DNA of 64,000 nucleotides from Rhodospirillales bacterium (GCA_028818565.1 JAPPNV010000307.1:16374-80373), one strand, 5' to 3'. Shown: positions 17,599 to 27,822, counted from the stretch's first letter. The notes: a model not told the origin generated them from the letters alone. Numbers and translations are program-made.

Positions 17599-18878
17599 GC
17601 GCCGGCCTCCGTAGCCTCTGCCAGATACGGGCGCGGGTCGGCGATCCGCCCTTCCAGGGCCGATGCCGCCACCGCCGCAGCGTTGCAGAGGTAGATCTCG
17701 GAGTCCGGGCTTCCCATGCGGCCGGTGACGTTGAGCGTGCCGGTGGAGACTGCGCGCTGGCCCGCGGTCATGGTGGCGATCCGTCCGTAGCAGTAGTCGC
17801 ACGAGGACGAGGTGACGAAGGCGCCGGCCTCGATCAGCGTGGTCAGCAGGCCCTCGCGGGCGGCGTCCGCCATGATCGCCTGGCTGGTGGGCACGACGTG
17901 GAGCTGGAAGCCCGGCGCGACGCGGCGGCCCTTGAGCACCGCCGCGGCGGCGCGCAGGTCCTCGAGCCGGCCGGAGGCGCAGGAGCCGAGATAGCCGGCC
18001 TGGACCTCGAGCCCGGCATGGTCTGCGAGATCGGCGGTGGCGGCCGGGTTAGGCGGCACCACCACGATGGGGGCGAGATCGGTGAGATCGACCTCGTGCA
18101 GGGCGGCGTAGGTGGCGTCCGCGTCGCTCGCCTGCGGCTCGAAGGGCTGGGTTACGTGGGCCTTCGCGTAGTCGAGCGCGAGCCGGTCCGGGTTGCAGAT
18201 CGCGGTGAGCGCGCCGGTGAACATGGCGAGCCCCGTGATGGTCTGGCGCCCTTCGAGCGAGATATCGCCCAGCGCCGGCCCGCCCAGCTCCAGCACCTGA
18301 AAGCGGCAGGAGCGCGGCCCGAGCACGCGCACCAGATGGTGGAACACGTCCCGCGCCATGACGCCGGGCGCGAGCCGGCCGGTGAGGTTGACGCGCGTGG
18401 TCTCCGGCACGGTGAAGTCGATCCGCTCGCGGACGAAGGCCTCCAGGAGCTGCGTGTGGATGCCGATGGCGAGCGTGCCGAAGGCGCCGAGCTGCGCGAT
18501 GTGGCCGTCGAAGTGGACAACGAAGCCACCAGGCACGGCGTAGCCTGCCTCCGCTGCTACCTGATGGCCGATGCCCTCGCGCTCATGGAGCCTGACGCCG
18601 TTCTCCGCGCACCAGGTGCGGGTGACGATGTGCAGCTCCTCCTCCTCGGGCGTGTTGGCGGGCACCATGTGGTCGATGAAGAGGGCGTAACGCTCCGGCT
18701 CGGCGACGCGCTCGATGCCGAACTCCTCCTTCATCTGCTTGAAAATGAGATCGAGGTAGCCGGGGAAGTCGTAGCCCAGCACGTAGTCGGGTTTGACCTC
18801 GACTTCGGTGCCGGCGGGCACCGGCGCGCCCGCCCGGCTCGCGCGCCCCATGATCTTTTCCGCGATCGTGTAGCCCAT
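17595..18878 (-). CDS. aconitase-family large subunit (type-2/archaeal-like LeuC/homoaconitase large subunit, 427 aa)
   Basis: MGYTIAEKIMGRASRAGAPVPAGTEVEVKPDYVLGYD... with the SSCDYCYGR 4Fe-4S cysteine region. The length and N-terminus match the short type-2 LeuC class rather than bacterial LeuC. Confidence 0.8.
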   Translation of the reverse strand: MGYTIAEKIMGRASRAGAPVPAGTEVEVKPDYVLGYDFPGYLDLIFKQMKEEFGIERVAEPERYALFIDHMVPANTPEEEELHIVTRTWCAENGVRLHEREGIGHQVAAEAGYAVPGGFVVHFDGHIAQLGAFGTLAIGIHTQLLEAFVRERIDFTVPETTRVNLTGRLAPGVMARDVFHHLVRVLGPRSCRFQVLELGGPALGDISLEGRQTITGLAMFTGALTAICNPDRLALDYAKAHVTQPFEPQASDADATYAALHEVDLTDLAPIVVVPPNPAATADLADHAGLEVQAGYLGSCASGRLEDLRAAAAVLKGRRVAPGFQLHVVPTSQAIMADAAREGLLTTLIEAGAFVTSSSCDYCYGRIATMTAGQRAVSTGTLNVTGRMGSPDSEIYLCNAAAVAASALEGRIADPRPYLAEATEAGA

Positions 18879-18955
18879 CGCTCTCCGCCCGCGCCTCTAT
18901 GCCTCTTCGCCCGATGTTAGCACCATCGGACCCGCGCCACGCATTACTGCGGCCG

Positions 18956-19948
18956 TCAGGATTGGTCCAGACGGAAGAGGAGCAGGAGCGTGCGCTGGAG
19001 GAAGTGGAAGTTGTCGTCGGAGAGGATGTAGACCAGCGTTGCGCCGTCCGCGTCTCGCGCCACGGCCACGCCCTCGTAGTTGTCCACGGTGAGCGGCGGC
19101 GCGAAGCGGGCGAGGAGCTCGCCCTTCGGCACGGCACCGCCTCCGTTGGCACCGGCGGAAATCCGCTCGAGCCGCGCCTTGAATCCGCCGAGCAGCTTGA
19201 AGTAGCGCGACAGCACGAGCACGTCGCCGTTCGGCAGCACGGCCGCATCGGTCGGCTTGAAGTCCCGCGCGGTGCGATAACCGAAAGCGTCGACCGTGCC
19301 GTCGCCGACGAGCCAGCCGGCACGTGAGCCGCCGGTGCGCTTCAGGCTCTCCGCCAGCATCAGGATGCGGCCGTCGGGGAGCGGCGTCAGCGCTTCCAGC
19401 CCGCCGTTGGGCGGGGCGGCCGCGATGCCCTTCGGCGTCGGGAAGGGCGCGGGGCGGCCCTGCAACCCGCCGGTCTCCGCCGCATAGCGCCAGACCCGGT
19501 GACGCCCCTCGAAGCTCACCAGCCAGTCGCCGCCCGGCAGGCGCTCAAGCGCCTCGGCGTCGCGCCACTCGCCCGCGACCGGGTGGCCCTTCGTGTCGAG
19601 AAGCGGTCCGAGCGCGGCGTCGGCCAAGTCCGTGAGGCGGCCGGTGCGGTCGCGCACGACGCGGGCGCTGAACCAGTGGCCGCGGTCGGTCACGGCGGTG
19701 AGCCGCCCGCCGCCCGTGACGCTGAGGCCGGAGAGGCCGCCGAATGCCGGCTCTGCGCTGCGCAGGTCCAGCCCGCCGAGGTAGTGCAGGCGGCCCACGT
19801 GTTGCACGGCGCGGTCGGTCGGGTCGAGGGCGACCGGGCGCGTGGAAAGCGAGATCGACGCCGCGAACGCGTCGCCGCACGCCACCGCGAGGGCACCGAC
19901 GATGACGAGGGCGACAAGGGCGCGCGCCGGCGAGCGGCCGCCGTTCAT
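18956..19948 (-). CDS. secreted esterase-like-activity-of-phytase family protein (phytase-like beta-propeller)
   Basis: Internal ATG gives MNGGRSPARALVALVIVGALAVACGDAFAASISLSTRPVALDP..., i.e. a signal peptide. The ATG forms an ATGA overlap with the stop of the upstream MFS gene. Confidence 0.6.
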   Translation of the reverse strand: MNGGRSPARALVALVIVGALAVACGDAFAASISLSTRPVALDPTDRAVQHVGRLHYLGGLDLRSAEPAFGGLSGLSVTGGGRLTAVTDRGHWFSARVVRDRTGRLTDLADAALGPLLDTKGHPVAGEWRDAEALERLPGGDWLVSFEGRHRVWRYAAETGGLQGRPAPFPTPKGIAAAPPNGGLEALTPLPDGRILMLAESLKRTGGSRAGWLVGDGTVDAFGYRTARDFKPTDAAVLPNGDVLVLSRYFKLLGGFKARLERISAGANGGGAVPKGELLARFAPPLTVDNYEGVAVARDADGATLVYILSDDNFHFLQRTLLLLFRLDQS

Positions 19949-21156
19949 GCTGCGGCGACCACACGCCCGAGACGCGCGTCGGCCCGCCATACGCCGGCGA
20001 CGACCGCGAGACCGAGAGAGGACCAGACCAGCATGGTCCACCACGCGGCGTCCCACCCGCCCAGAGCCCCGGTCACTGCGGCGAGCAGCGGCGGGCCGAG
20101 CACGGCGCCGAGCGCGGCCCCCTGCGCCACGAAGCCGCCAGCCATCGCCACCTGCGCCTGGCTCGGCGCATGCGCGATGCCGCCTTCGAAGCACACGGCC
20201 GGTAGCGGGCCGCTCACCAGGGCGAAGCAGACGGCGAGCGGGATCTTGGCATCGACGGGCGTGAAGGGCGCGAAGAGCGTGGCCGCGCAGACGCCCATGC
20301 CCGTGAAGGTGAGACCCAACAGCAGCCAGCGCGCAACGCCACGCTGCAAGAGCCAGGCGCTGGTTATGGAGCCCACGGTGGTGGCGAGGACGAAGAGCGC
20401 GGTGAAAAGCGCGGCAGCCTCGACCGAGCGGTCTTGGGTCTCGATCAGGAAGGTGGGCAGCCACGCCATCAGCGCCTGCCACTGCACGGCGAAAATCGCG
20501 AAGGCCGCGCCGAAGAGCCAGGGCCCCGGCCGCGCCAGCGTCGCGCGCACGCCTGCACGATCGAACGTGCTGCCCGCCGCCGGCATTCGCCAGCGCCCCG
20601 GCGCCGCGCCCCAGGCGAAGGCAAGCAGGAAGAGCAGGATGAGCCCGGAGTTGATGAACCAGAGGCCGCGCCAGCCCAGAGGCTCCAGCAGAACCGTCGC
20701 GATCACCAGCGAGAGCGCGATGCCGACCGGCATGTAGGTGCCCCAAATGCCGAGGACGAAGCGGCGCACGCCGGTATCCGTCGCGGCGACGAGCATCTTG
20801 GGCCCGGCAACCGTGAGGGTGGCGAAGCCGAAGCCTTCGACGATGCGGGCCGCCAGCAGCTGAGCCCCGTTCTCCGCGAACCCGCCGGCAAAGCTCGCGA
20901 GCGCCATCACGGCACCGCCCACGAAGACCATCCGCCCGATGCCCGCCCGGTCGACAATCACCCCGCCGGCAACGCCGAGGACCGCGCCCATGCCGTAGAA
21001 CGACGACGCGATCAGCCCGGCGATGACGCGGGGCAGATCAAGCTCCGCCTCCAGCATCGGCAGCGCGGGCGGCACCTTGCCGACCTGCATGCCCACCATG
21101 TAGCCGGCCGTGAAGGCCAGGGCCACGATGTCCCAGCGGGTGCGGGCCTGGGACAC
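19945..21156 (-). CDS. MFS transporter
   Basis: 403 aa with 12 predicted TM segments. GTG start. Its GTG lies 2 nt after the rnr stop. Confidence 0.8.
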   Translation of the reverse strand: MSQARTRWDIVALAFTAGYMVGMQVGKVPPALPMLEAELDLPRVIAGLIASSFYGMGAVLGVAGGVIVDRAGIGRMVFVGGAVMALASFAGGFAENGAQLLAARIVEGFGFATLTVAGPKMLVAATDTGVRRFVLGIWGTYMPVGIALSLVIATVLLEPLGWRGLWFINSGLILLFLLAFAWGAAPGRWRMPAAGSTFDRAGVRATLARPGPWLFGAAFAIFAVQWQALMAWLPTFLIETQDRSVEAAALFTALFVLATTVGSITSAWLLQRGVARWLLLGLTFTGMGVCAATLFAPFTPVDAKIPLAVCFALVSGPLPAVCFEGGIAHAPSQAQVAMAGGFVAQGAALGAVLGPPLLAAVTGALGGWDAAWWTMLVWSSLGLAVVAGVWRADARLGRVVAAA

Positions 21157-21158
21157 GA

Positions 21159-23363
21159 TCAGCGCCGCCGGCGCGGCTTGCCCCGCCGCCTGCCGTTACC
21201 ATCCGCCATCGAGTCCCAGGGCTCGCCGTTTGCGACCGAGAGAGAGAAGACGAGGCCGCCGGCCACGGGGTCGGCCTCCCTGAGCGTCACGACCACGGGA
21301 TCGCCCAGGCGCAGCACGCGCCCATCGACGGCGAGCGAATGCCGGCGGGCGTCGAAGCGCGGGCGGGCGTTACCGAGCGAGCGTCCCGGCACCAGGCCCT
21401 CGGCCCCGGTCTCGTCGAGGGAGACGAAGATACCGAAGCGGGTGACGCCCGCGATGCGGCCGTGGAACTCTGCGTCCACGCGATGAGCCAGATAGGCGGC
21501 GCAGTAGCGGTCCCCGGCATCGCGCTCGGCAGCCTGCGCGCGGCGCTCGGTGGACGAGATGTGCGCGCCGTCGCGTTCCAGCACCTCCGGTTCGATGCGG
21601 CCGGCGCCGCCCGGCCCGAGGCCGTAGGCATCGATCAAGGCGCGATGCACCAGCAGGTCGGCGTAACGGCGGATCGGCGAGGTGAAGTGGGCGTAGCGCA
21701 CGAGGCCGAGCCCGTAGTGGCCGATGTTGCGCGGGCTGTAGGCCGCCTGCGCCTGGGCACGCAGGATCATCAGGCTGGCGATGCCGACATCGCGCGGGTT
21801 CTCGAGCAGGGCGAGGAACCGATTGAAGGCATCGGGTTTGACCGCCCCGCTGCGCGGCAGGGCGATCCCACGCGTGCGCAGGAACTCGCGCAGCACCTCC
21901 AGCTTCGCGGTATCGGGCCGGTCGTGGACGCGGTACATGCAAGGCGAATGCCTGGCTTCGAGCGCGCTGGCGGCGGCGACATTGGCCGCGATCATCAGCT
22001 CCTCGATCAGGCGGTGGCTGTCGTGGCGGCGGACGAAGCCGATGCGCGCTACCGTCCCGTCCTCGGCCAGCGTGACCTCGCGCTCCGGCAGCTCCAGGTC
22101 GAGCGCGCCGCGGCGCTCCCGCGCCGATCGCAACGCGCCAAAGACGCCGTAGAGCGCGGTGATCGTGGCCCGAACCGATGGCGCCAGGCCCGCGCCATCG
22201 CGCTCGGCGGCGGTCTGGACTTGGTCATAGGTGAGCCGCGCGGCCGAGCGCATGAGCGCACGCTCGAAGCGCCAGTCAAGCAGTTCGCCCTCGGCATCGA
22301 TGCGGAGATGCGCGGCGAGGCAGGCACGGTCCACGTCGGGCTTCAGCGAGCAGAGGTCGGCGGAGAGCGCCTCGGGCAGCATCGGCACCACGCGATCGGG
22401 GAAGTAGGCGGAGTTGCCGCGCTCCCGTGCGGCCTTGTCGAGAGCGCCGCCGGGCCTGACGAAATGCGCCACGTCGGCGATGGCGACGACCGCGCGCCAG
22501 CCGCCCTTGTTGTCTGACGCAGGGTCGGCCTCGGCCCAGACCGCATCGTCGAAGTCGCGGGCGTCGGCGCCGTCGATGGTGACCAGGGGCAGCGCCCGCT
22601 GGTCGGTGCGGCCTTCGAGATCCGGCGGTGTCGCACGCTCGGCCTCAGCCAGAGCCGCGTCGGGAAAGCGCATGGGCAGGCCGTGGCCGTGGATCGCGGC
22701 GAGGCTGATTGCGCCGGGCGAGTCCGCGTCGCCCAGCCGCTCGACCACCCTGGCGTCGGTCAGGCCGAGCCGGCCGCCGGGCTCGGTCTCACCCACCACC
22801 AGTTCGCCGGTGTGGGCACCGGCGGTGTCCTCCGCCGGCACGTTGAGGCTGCGGCGAGAGCGGCGCTCTGCCGGCTCGATCACGCCCCCGCCGCTGCCCG
22901 TGGCGCGGAAGACCCCGACCACGCGGCGCGGGCCGGCGTCGAGCACGCGCATGGGCCGCGCCAGATATCCGCCGTCGGGCGCAGGCCGGAGCCGCGCGAG
23001 AACGCGATCGCCCTCCCCCGGTTCGGGAACGCCTCTGGGTGCGGGGTCGAGGGTGATCGGCGGTGGCGGATCGGGCTCTTCCCAGCGCGCGGGCCGGGCG
23101 CTCAGGGCGCCGTCGGGATCCAGCCCCACCACTTCCAGAACGGTGACCGACGGCAGCGTGCCCGCGGGGCGGCGTCGCTTGCGGCGGCCATCCAGCGCGC
23201 CCTCCTCCTCCAGCGTGCGCAGGAGCTCGGTCAGGGCGGCGCGGTCGTTGCCGCGGATGTTGAAGGCGCGGGCGATCTCGCGCCGGCCGACCTTGCCCGG
23301 GCTCTCCCGGACAAAGCGCAGAACCTCATCCCTGGTCGGAAAAGGAGCCGGCTTGCTCGCCAA
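21159..23363 (-). CDS. rnr: ribonuclease R
   Basis: The cold-shock/S1-flanked RNB domain (VTIDGADARDFDDAVWAE, HFTSPIRRYADLLVHR) and the Lys/Arg-rich C-tail are present. I propose a TTG start at 23363 (MASKPAPFPTRDEVLRFV...), 28 nt after the topA TAG. The track's longer ORF would overlap topA. Confidence 0.8.
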   Translation of the reverse strand: MASKPAPFPTRDEVLRFVRESPGKVGRREIARAFNIRGNDRAALTELLRTLEEEGALDGRRKRRRPAGTLPSVTVLEVVGLDPDGALSARPARWEEPDPPPPITLDPAPRGVPEPGEGDRVLARLRPAPDGGYLARPMRVLDAGPRRVVGVFRATGSGGGVIEPAERRSRRSLNVPAEDTAGAHTGELVVGETEPGGRLGLTDARVVERLGDADSPGAISLAAIHGHGLPMRFPDAALAEAERATPPDLEGRTDQRALPLVTIDGADARDFDDAVWAEADPASDNKGGWRAVVAIADVAHFVRPGGALDKAARERGNSAYFPDRVVPMLPEALSADLCSLKPDVDRACLAAHLRIDAEGELLDWRFERALMRSAARLTYDQVQTAAERDGAGLAPSVRATITALYGVFGALRSARERRGALDLELPEREVTLAEDGTVARIGFVRRHDSHRLIEELMIAANVAAASALEARHSPCMYRVHDRPDTAKLEVLREFLRTRGIALPRSGAVKPDAFNRFLALLENPRDVGIASLMILRAQAQAAYSPRNIGHYGLGLVRYAHFTSPIRRYADLLVHRALIDAYGLGPGGAGRIEPEVLERDGAHISSTERRAQAAERDAGDRYCAAYLAHRVDAEFHGRIAGVTRFGIFVSLDETGAEGLVPGRSLGNARPRFDARRHSLAVDGRVLRLGDPVVVTLREADPVAGGLVFSLSVANGEPWDSMADGNGRRRGKPRRRR

Positions 23364-23391
23364 GACCGTCTCAGGGCCGCGCCGCGCGCCG

Positions 23392-25980
23392 CTAGGGCGC
23401 GCCGTCGGCAGGCGCGTCCTGTTGCCGGCGAGATGTACGCTTCGCCTTCGGCCGGCCGCGACCGGCGGCTTTCTTCTTGGCTCCGCCCTTGGCCGCCTTG
23501 GCGGCGAGCAGCTTGACGGCGTCATCCAGGGTGAGCGTGTCGTCGGACGCGCCCTTGGGCAGCGAGGCCCGCAGCCTGCCATGCTGGACGTAGGGCCCGT
23601 AGCGGCCCGTGTGGAGAGTTACGGCCTGCCCGCCGTCGGGATGGGCGCCGAGCTCCCGCAGGAGCCGCGCGCCGCTCTTCTTCTCGGCGATCAGCACCAC
23701 CGCCCGGTTCAGGCCCACGTCCAGCACGTTCTCGCCGCGCGGCAGCGAGCGATAGGTGCCGTCGTGCTTGACGTAGGCGCCGAAGCGGCCGATGCCGGCA
23801 GTGACCGGCTTGCCGGTCTCGGGATGAGTGCCGATCTCCCGCGGCAGCGACAGCAGGCCGAGCGCGGTGTCGAGATCGACCATGTCCGGCGCCAGGTCCT
23901 GGGGTAGGGACACCCGCTTCGGCTTCTCCTTGGAGCCCTCCGCCACGCCGCGCTCAACGTAGAGGCCGTAGGGGCCGCGCTTCAACAGCACCGGCAGGCC
24001 GGTCTCCGGGTCGTTCCCGAGCGTGCGCGGCTCCGACGCATCGCCCCCGTTATCGGCGAGCGGGCGCGTGTACTTGCAATCGGGGTAATTGGCGCAACCG
24101 ACGAAGGGGCCGTAGCGCCCGAGCTTGAGCCCGAGCCGCCCGTCCTCGCAGGAGGGGCAGCGGCGGTCCTCGCCGCCGTCCTCGGCCGGGAACAGGTGCA
24201 GCCCGAGCGTCGCATCGAGGGCATCGAGCACCTGCTTGACCCGGAGCCCCTTGGTCTCCTCCACCGCGCCGGCGAAGTCGCGCCAGAAGTCGCTCAGCAC
24301 CTGCCGCCAGTCGATCTCACCGGCGGAGATGGTATCGAGCTGGCCTTCGAGCGAAGCCGTGAAGTCGTACTCGACGTAGCGGCTGAAGAAGTTCTCGAGG
24401 AACACCGTGACGATGCGTCCGCGATCCTCGGGCACGAAGCGGCGCTTCTCCAGGCGCACGTAGTCGCGGTCCTGCAGCACCGAGATGATCGACGCGTAAG
24501 TGGAGGGACGGCCGATGCCGAGCTCCTCGAGCCGCCTGACCAGGCTCGCTTCGGAGAAGCGCGGCGGCGGCTCGGTCACGTGCTTGTTCGGAGTGACGTC
24601 CGCGACCGCCATCGCCTCGCCCACAGTGACCGCCGGCAACCGGCGCTCGTCGTCTTCGGCGTCGCCGTTGTCGGGCCGGGCGTCGTCCCGGCCCTCCTGA
24701 TAGACACGGAGAAAGCCGTCGAAGGCGACGGTCGACCCGGTGGCGCGGAGCCCGGCGCGGCCGTCGTCGGAGGCGATATCCACGCTCACCCGGTCGATCT
24801 CTGCGCTCGCCATCTGGCTCGCGAGCGCGCGCTTCCAGATCAGCTCGTAAAGCCGCGCCTGATCCTTCTTGAGCACGGCCGAGAGCGATTGGGGCGTGCG
24901 GGCCAGATCGGTGGGGCGGATCGCCTCGTGCGCCTCCTGCGCGTTCTTCGCCTTGGTGCGGTAGCGGCGTGGCTTCTCCGGCACGTAGTTGGGGCCGTAG
25001 CGCTTGCCGATCACGTCCCGCGCCTGGCGCAGCGCCTGCTCCGCGATCTGCACGCCGTCGGTCCGCATGTAGGTGATGAGGCCCACCTGCTCGCCGTTCA
25101 CGGCGATGCCTTCGTAGAGCTGCTGGGCGACCTGCATGGTGCGCCGCGCGGCGAAGCCCAGCTTGCGCGAGGCCTCCTGCTGCAGGGTGGAGGTTGTGAA
25201 GGGCGGCGCCGGATTGCGCTTGACGCGCTTTGGCTCGACCGCGGCGATGCGGTAGCGGCCAGACCGGACAAGCGCGGCCGCCCGCTCGGCCGCTTCCCGG
25301 TCGCCGAGCGCGTACTTGCCGAGTTTTTGACCGTCGAGGGCGGCGAGGCGGGCGATCATGCGCTCGCCCCTGGGCGTATCCAGATCGACCTCGATGGACC
25401 AGTACTCGCGCGGCTTGAAGGCCTCGATCTCGACCTCGCGCGCGCAGATCAGGCGGAGCGCGACGGACTGCACGCGGCCTGCCGAGCGCGAGCCCGGAAG
25501 CTTGCGCCAGAGCACCGGCGAGAGCGTGAAGCCCACCAGATAGTCGAGCGCGCGGCGCGCCTTGTAAGCGTCGATCAGATCGTCGTCGAGATCGCGCGGG
25601 TCGGCCATGGCGTCGAGCACGGCGGACTTGGTGACCTCGGTAAAGACCACGCGCCTGACGGCGACGCCGTCCAGGAGCCCGCGCCGGCCGAGCTCGTCCC
25701 GCACATGCCAGGAGATCGCCTCGCCCTCGCGGTCCGGGTCGGTGGCGAGATAGAGCCGGTTCGCGCCCCGGAGCGCCCTGCCGATGGCGCCGATGTGCTT
25801 CTCGGCGCCGTCGGAGACGGTCCAGTCCATGGCGAAGGCGTCGTCCGGCCGCACCGAGCCGTCCTTGGGCAGGAGGTCGCGGACATGGCCATAGGAGGCC
25901 ACGACCGTGTAGTCCGGTCCCAGGTACCTGCCGATGGTGGACGCCTTGGTAGGCGATTCGACGACGACGACGTTCATCAT
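23392..25980 (-). CDS. topA: DNA topoisomerase I
   Basis: MMNVVVVESPTKASTIGRYLG... is a Toprim N-terminus. Multiple C4 zinc-ribbon motifs and a basic C-tail follow. The second ATG at 25977 is an equally likely start. Confidence 0.9.
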   Translation of the reverse strand: MMNVVVVESPTKASTIGRYLGPDYTVVASYGHVRDLLPKDGSVRPDDAFAMDWTVSDGAEKHIGAIGRALRGANRLYLATDPDREGEAISWHVRDELGRRGLLDGVAVRRVVFTEVTKSAVLDAMADPRDLDDDLIDAYKARRALDYLVGFTLSPVLWRKLPGSRSAGRVQSVALRLICAREVEIEAFKPREYWSIEVDLDTPRGERMIARLAALDGQKLGKYALGDREAAERAAALVRSGRYRIAAVEPKRVKRNPAPPFTTSTLQQEASRKLGFAARRTMQVAQQLYEGIAVNGEQVGLITYMRTDGVQIAEQALRQARDVIGKRYGPNYVPEKPRRYRTKAKNAQEAHEAIRPTDLARTPQSLSAVLKKDQARLYELIWKRALASQMASAEIDRVSVDIASDDGRAGLRATGSTVAFDGFLRVYQEGRDDARPDNGDAEDDERRLPAVTVGEAMAVADVTPNKHVTEPPPRFSEASLVRRLEELGIGRPSTYASIISVLQDRDYVRLEKRRFVPEDRGRIVTVFLENFFSRYVEYDFTASLEGQLDTISAGEIDWRQVLSDFWRDFAGAVEETKGLRVKQVLDALDATLGLHLFPAEDGGEDRRCPSCEDGRLGLKLGRYGPFVGCANYPDCKYTRPLADNGGDASEPRTLGNDPETGLPVLLKRGPYGLYVERGVAEGSKEKPKRVSLPQDLAPDMVDLDTALGLLSLPREIGTHPETGKPVTAGIGRFGAYVKHDGTYRSLPRGENVLDVGLNRAVVLIAEKKSGARLLRELGAHPDGGQAVTLHTGRYGPYVQHGRLRASLPKGASDDTLTLDDAVKLLAAKAAKGGAKKKAAGRGRPKAKRTSRRQQDAPADGAP

Positions 25981-26012
25981 GAAACGATTGCTGGTAGCGT
26001 CATCGGGCGGCG

Positions 26013-27161
26013 CTACGCCGCCGGCCGGGAGAGTGAAACGCGGTTGCCGGGCTGCCGCTCCAGGCGCCCCGCCAACTCAAGCTCAAGCAAAATGGTTGCC
26101 ACCATCGCGGGAGTCAACCGGCTCTGCCTGACCAGCATGTCCACCGGCACCGGGCTCGGGCCGAGCAGCGCGGTCACCGTATCGCGGGCGTTGGCTGGCG
26201 CGTCGTCGTCCTCGGGCGCGCCGGGAGCGGCGTCCTCCGGCCATGGTTTGCGGGGTTCGCCGAGGATTTGGCGGCCGCCTTCGGCGAGCGCTTCGAGCAC
26301 GTGGTCGGCGCTCTCCACCAGCGTAGCACCTTGGCGAATCAGGCGGTTAGGGCCGCTGGCGCGGGGGTCGAGCGGCGAGCCAGGGACCGCCATCACCTCG
26401 CGGCCCTGCTCCAGCGCAAGCCGTGCCGTGATCAGGGAGCCCGAGCGCGCCGCGCCCTCGACGATCACGACGCCGCGGCAGAGCCCGGCGATGATGCGGT
26501 TGCGGCGCGGGAAGTGGCGCCCGATCGGCACGGTGCCGAGCGGCGCCTCCGCGACGACCGTGCCCTCCGCCAGCAGCTTCTCGAAGAGCGCCCGATTCTC
26601 CTTGGGATAGAGGACATCGATTCCGCCCCCCATGATCGCGACCGTGCCGGTAGGCAGCGCGCCGGCGTGGGCGCGGGCATCGATGCCGCGGGCCATGCCG
26701 GAGACCACGGTGAGCCCCGCCGCACCGAGATCTGTTGCCAGCCGCTCGGCGAAGTGAAGCCCGTTCGCGGACGCGTTGCGCGCGCCGACCACGGCGACGC
26801 TGTCGCCCGCGAGCAGGTCCGCGCGTCCGCGCAGGGCGATGACCGGCGGCGGGTCGTCGATGGCGGCGAGCGCCGGCGGATAGGCGGGCTCGCCCAGCGC
26901 GATCAGGTGTCCGCCAAGCCGGTCGAGCGCCTCGGCCTCGCGCTCGGCAGCCGCGCGCGAGCAGACCTTGATGGGACGCCGGCGGCCGCCGCGGCGCGCC
27001 AGCGCCGGCAGCGCGTCGAGCACCGCCGAGGGCGTGCCGAAACGAGCGAGCAGGGCGAAGAATGTGATCGGGCCCACGTTCTCGCTGCGCGCGAGCCGCA
27101 GCCAGTCGAGGCGCTCGGCCTCGGTGAGCGTGCGCGGCTCGTTGGCGTGCAAAACGTTCAC
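26013..27161 (-). CDS. dprA: DNA-processing protein DprA (Smf)
   Basis: The Rossmann-like DprA core (VVSGMARGIDARAHAGAL...GGGIDVLYPKEN...RFPRRNRIIAGLC) and a C-terminal winged-helix are present. The start ATGA-overlaps the plsY stop. Confidence 0.85.
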   Translation of the reverse strand: MNVLHANEPRTLTEAERLDWLRLARSENVGPITFFALLARFGTPSAVLDALPALARRGGRRRPIKVCSRAAAEREAEALDRLGGHLIALGEPAYPPALAAIDDPPPVIALRGRADLLAGDSVAVVGARNASANGLHFAERLATDLGAAGLTVVSGMARGIDARAHAGALPTGTVAIMGGGIDVLYPKENRALFEKLLAEGTVVAEAPLGTVPIGRHFPRRNRIIAGLCRGVVIVEGAARSGSLITARLALEQGREVMAVPGSPLDPRASGPNRLIRQGATLVESADHVLEALAEGGRQILGEPRKPWPEDAAPGAPEDDDAPANARDTVTALLGPSPVPVDMLVRQSRLTPAMVATILLELELAGRLERQPGNRVSLSRPAA

Positions 27162-27808
27162 TGGCCCTCCGGGGATTCGGCCTCAGGCGCGGCCGGGGCG
27201 CTCCGGCCGATCCGGGGCTCGCGCCCGCGCGCGAGGCGCCAAATGTTAGCGCCATGACGCAGCGTCACGATGACCGCCAAGAAACCGGCCAGCCACGATA
27301 TCTGCGGCATGTCGAAAAGGATCGCGAACCCTGGCGAGGCGCAGATCGCGATCAGGGCGGCGAGGGAGGAATAGCGGAAGAGCCCGGCGACCGCGAGCCA
27401 GAGGCCGCAGGCGACGAGCCCCACGGGCCACGCGATCGCGAGCAGGACGCCGAGGGTCGTGGCCACGCCCTTGCCGCCCCTGAAGAGCAGCCAGACCGGC
27501 GCGACGTGACCCACGACCACGCAGCCTGCGGCGATCACCGCCATGTCGGGGCCGAAGCGCTGGGCAATGACCACGGCGACGGCGCCCTTGCCACCGTCGA
27601 GCAGCAGGGTGAGCGCGGCGGCCGCCTTGTTGCCGGTGCGCAGCACATTGGTCGCCCCGATATTGCCGGAGCCGATGCGGCGCAGGTCGCCGAGCCTGAA
27701 GAGGCGGGCCACGATCAGGCCCATGGGGAGCGCGCCGATCAGATAGGCGATGACCCCGCCTGCGTAGAACGGCCAGGTAAAGGCGAAGTTGCCGAGCGGA
27801 TCGGGCAC
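27158..27808 (-). CDS. plsY: glycerol-3-phosphate acyltransferase PlsY
   Basis: Motifs GSGNIGATNVLRTGNK, FRGGKGVAT and the C-terminal GREPRIGR are present. Confidence 0.85.
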   Translation of the reverse strand: MPDPLGNFAFTWPFYAGGVIAYLIGALPMGLIVARLFRLGDLRRIGSGNIGATNVLRTGNKAAAALTLLLDGGKGAVAVVIAQRFGPDMAVIAAGCVVVGHVAPVWLLFRGGKGVATTLGVLLAIAWPVGLVACGLWLAVAGLFRYSSLAALIAICASPGFAILFDMPQISWLAGFLAVIVTLRHGANIWRLARGREPRIGRSAPAAPEAESPEGQ

Positions 27809-27822
27809 CGCGACCGGTCGGG

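Noticed and set aside
21339-22517. Long alternative-frame ORFs opposite real genes (for example 21339..22517+, 22414..23907+, 24196..26610+, 19499..20737+, 35727..37685+, 40854..41418-, 5337..6326+)
   Set aside because: All lie antisense or out of frame within genes that have clear family signatures. Their translations are low-complexity (Arg/Ala/Gly/Pro) and lack SD or start context. They are standard high-GC artefacts.
23364-23582. Longest-ORF start for RNase R at 23582
   Set aside because: It would overlap the last approximately 190 nt of topA in another frame. The conserved RNase R N-terminus (PFPTRDEVLRFV) begins just after 23363.
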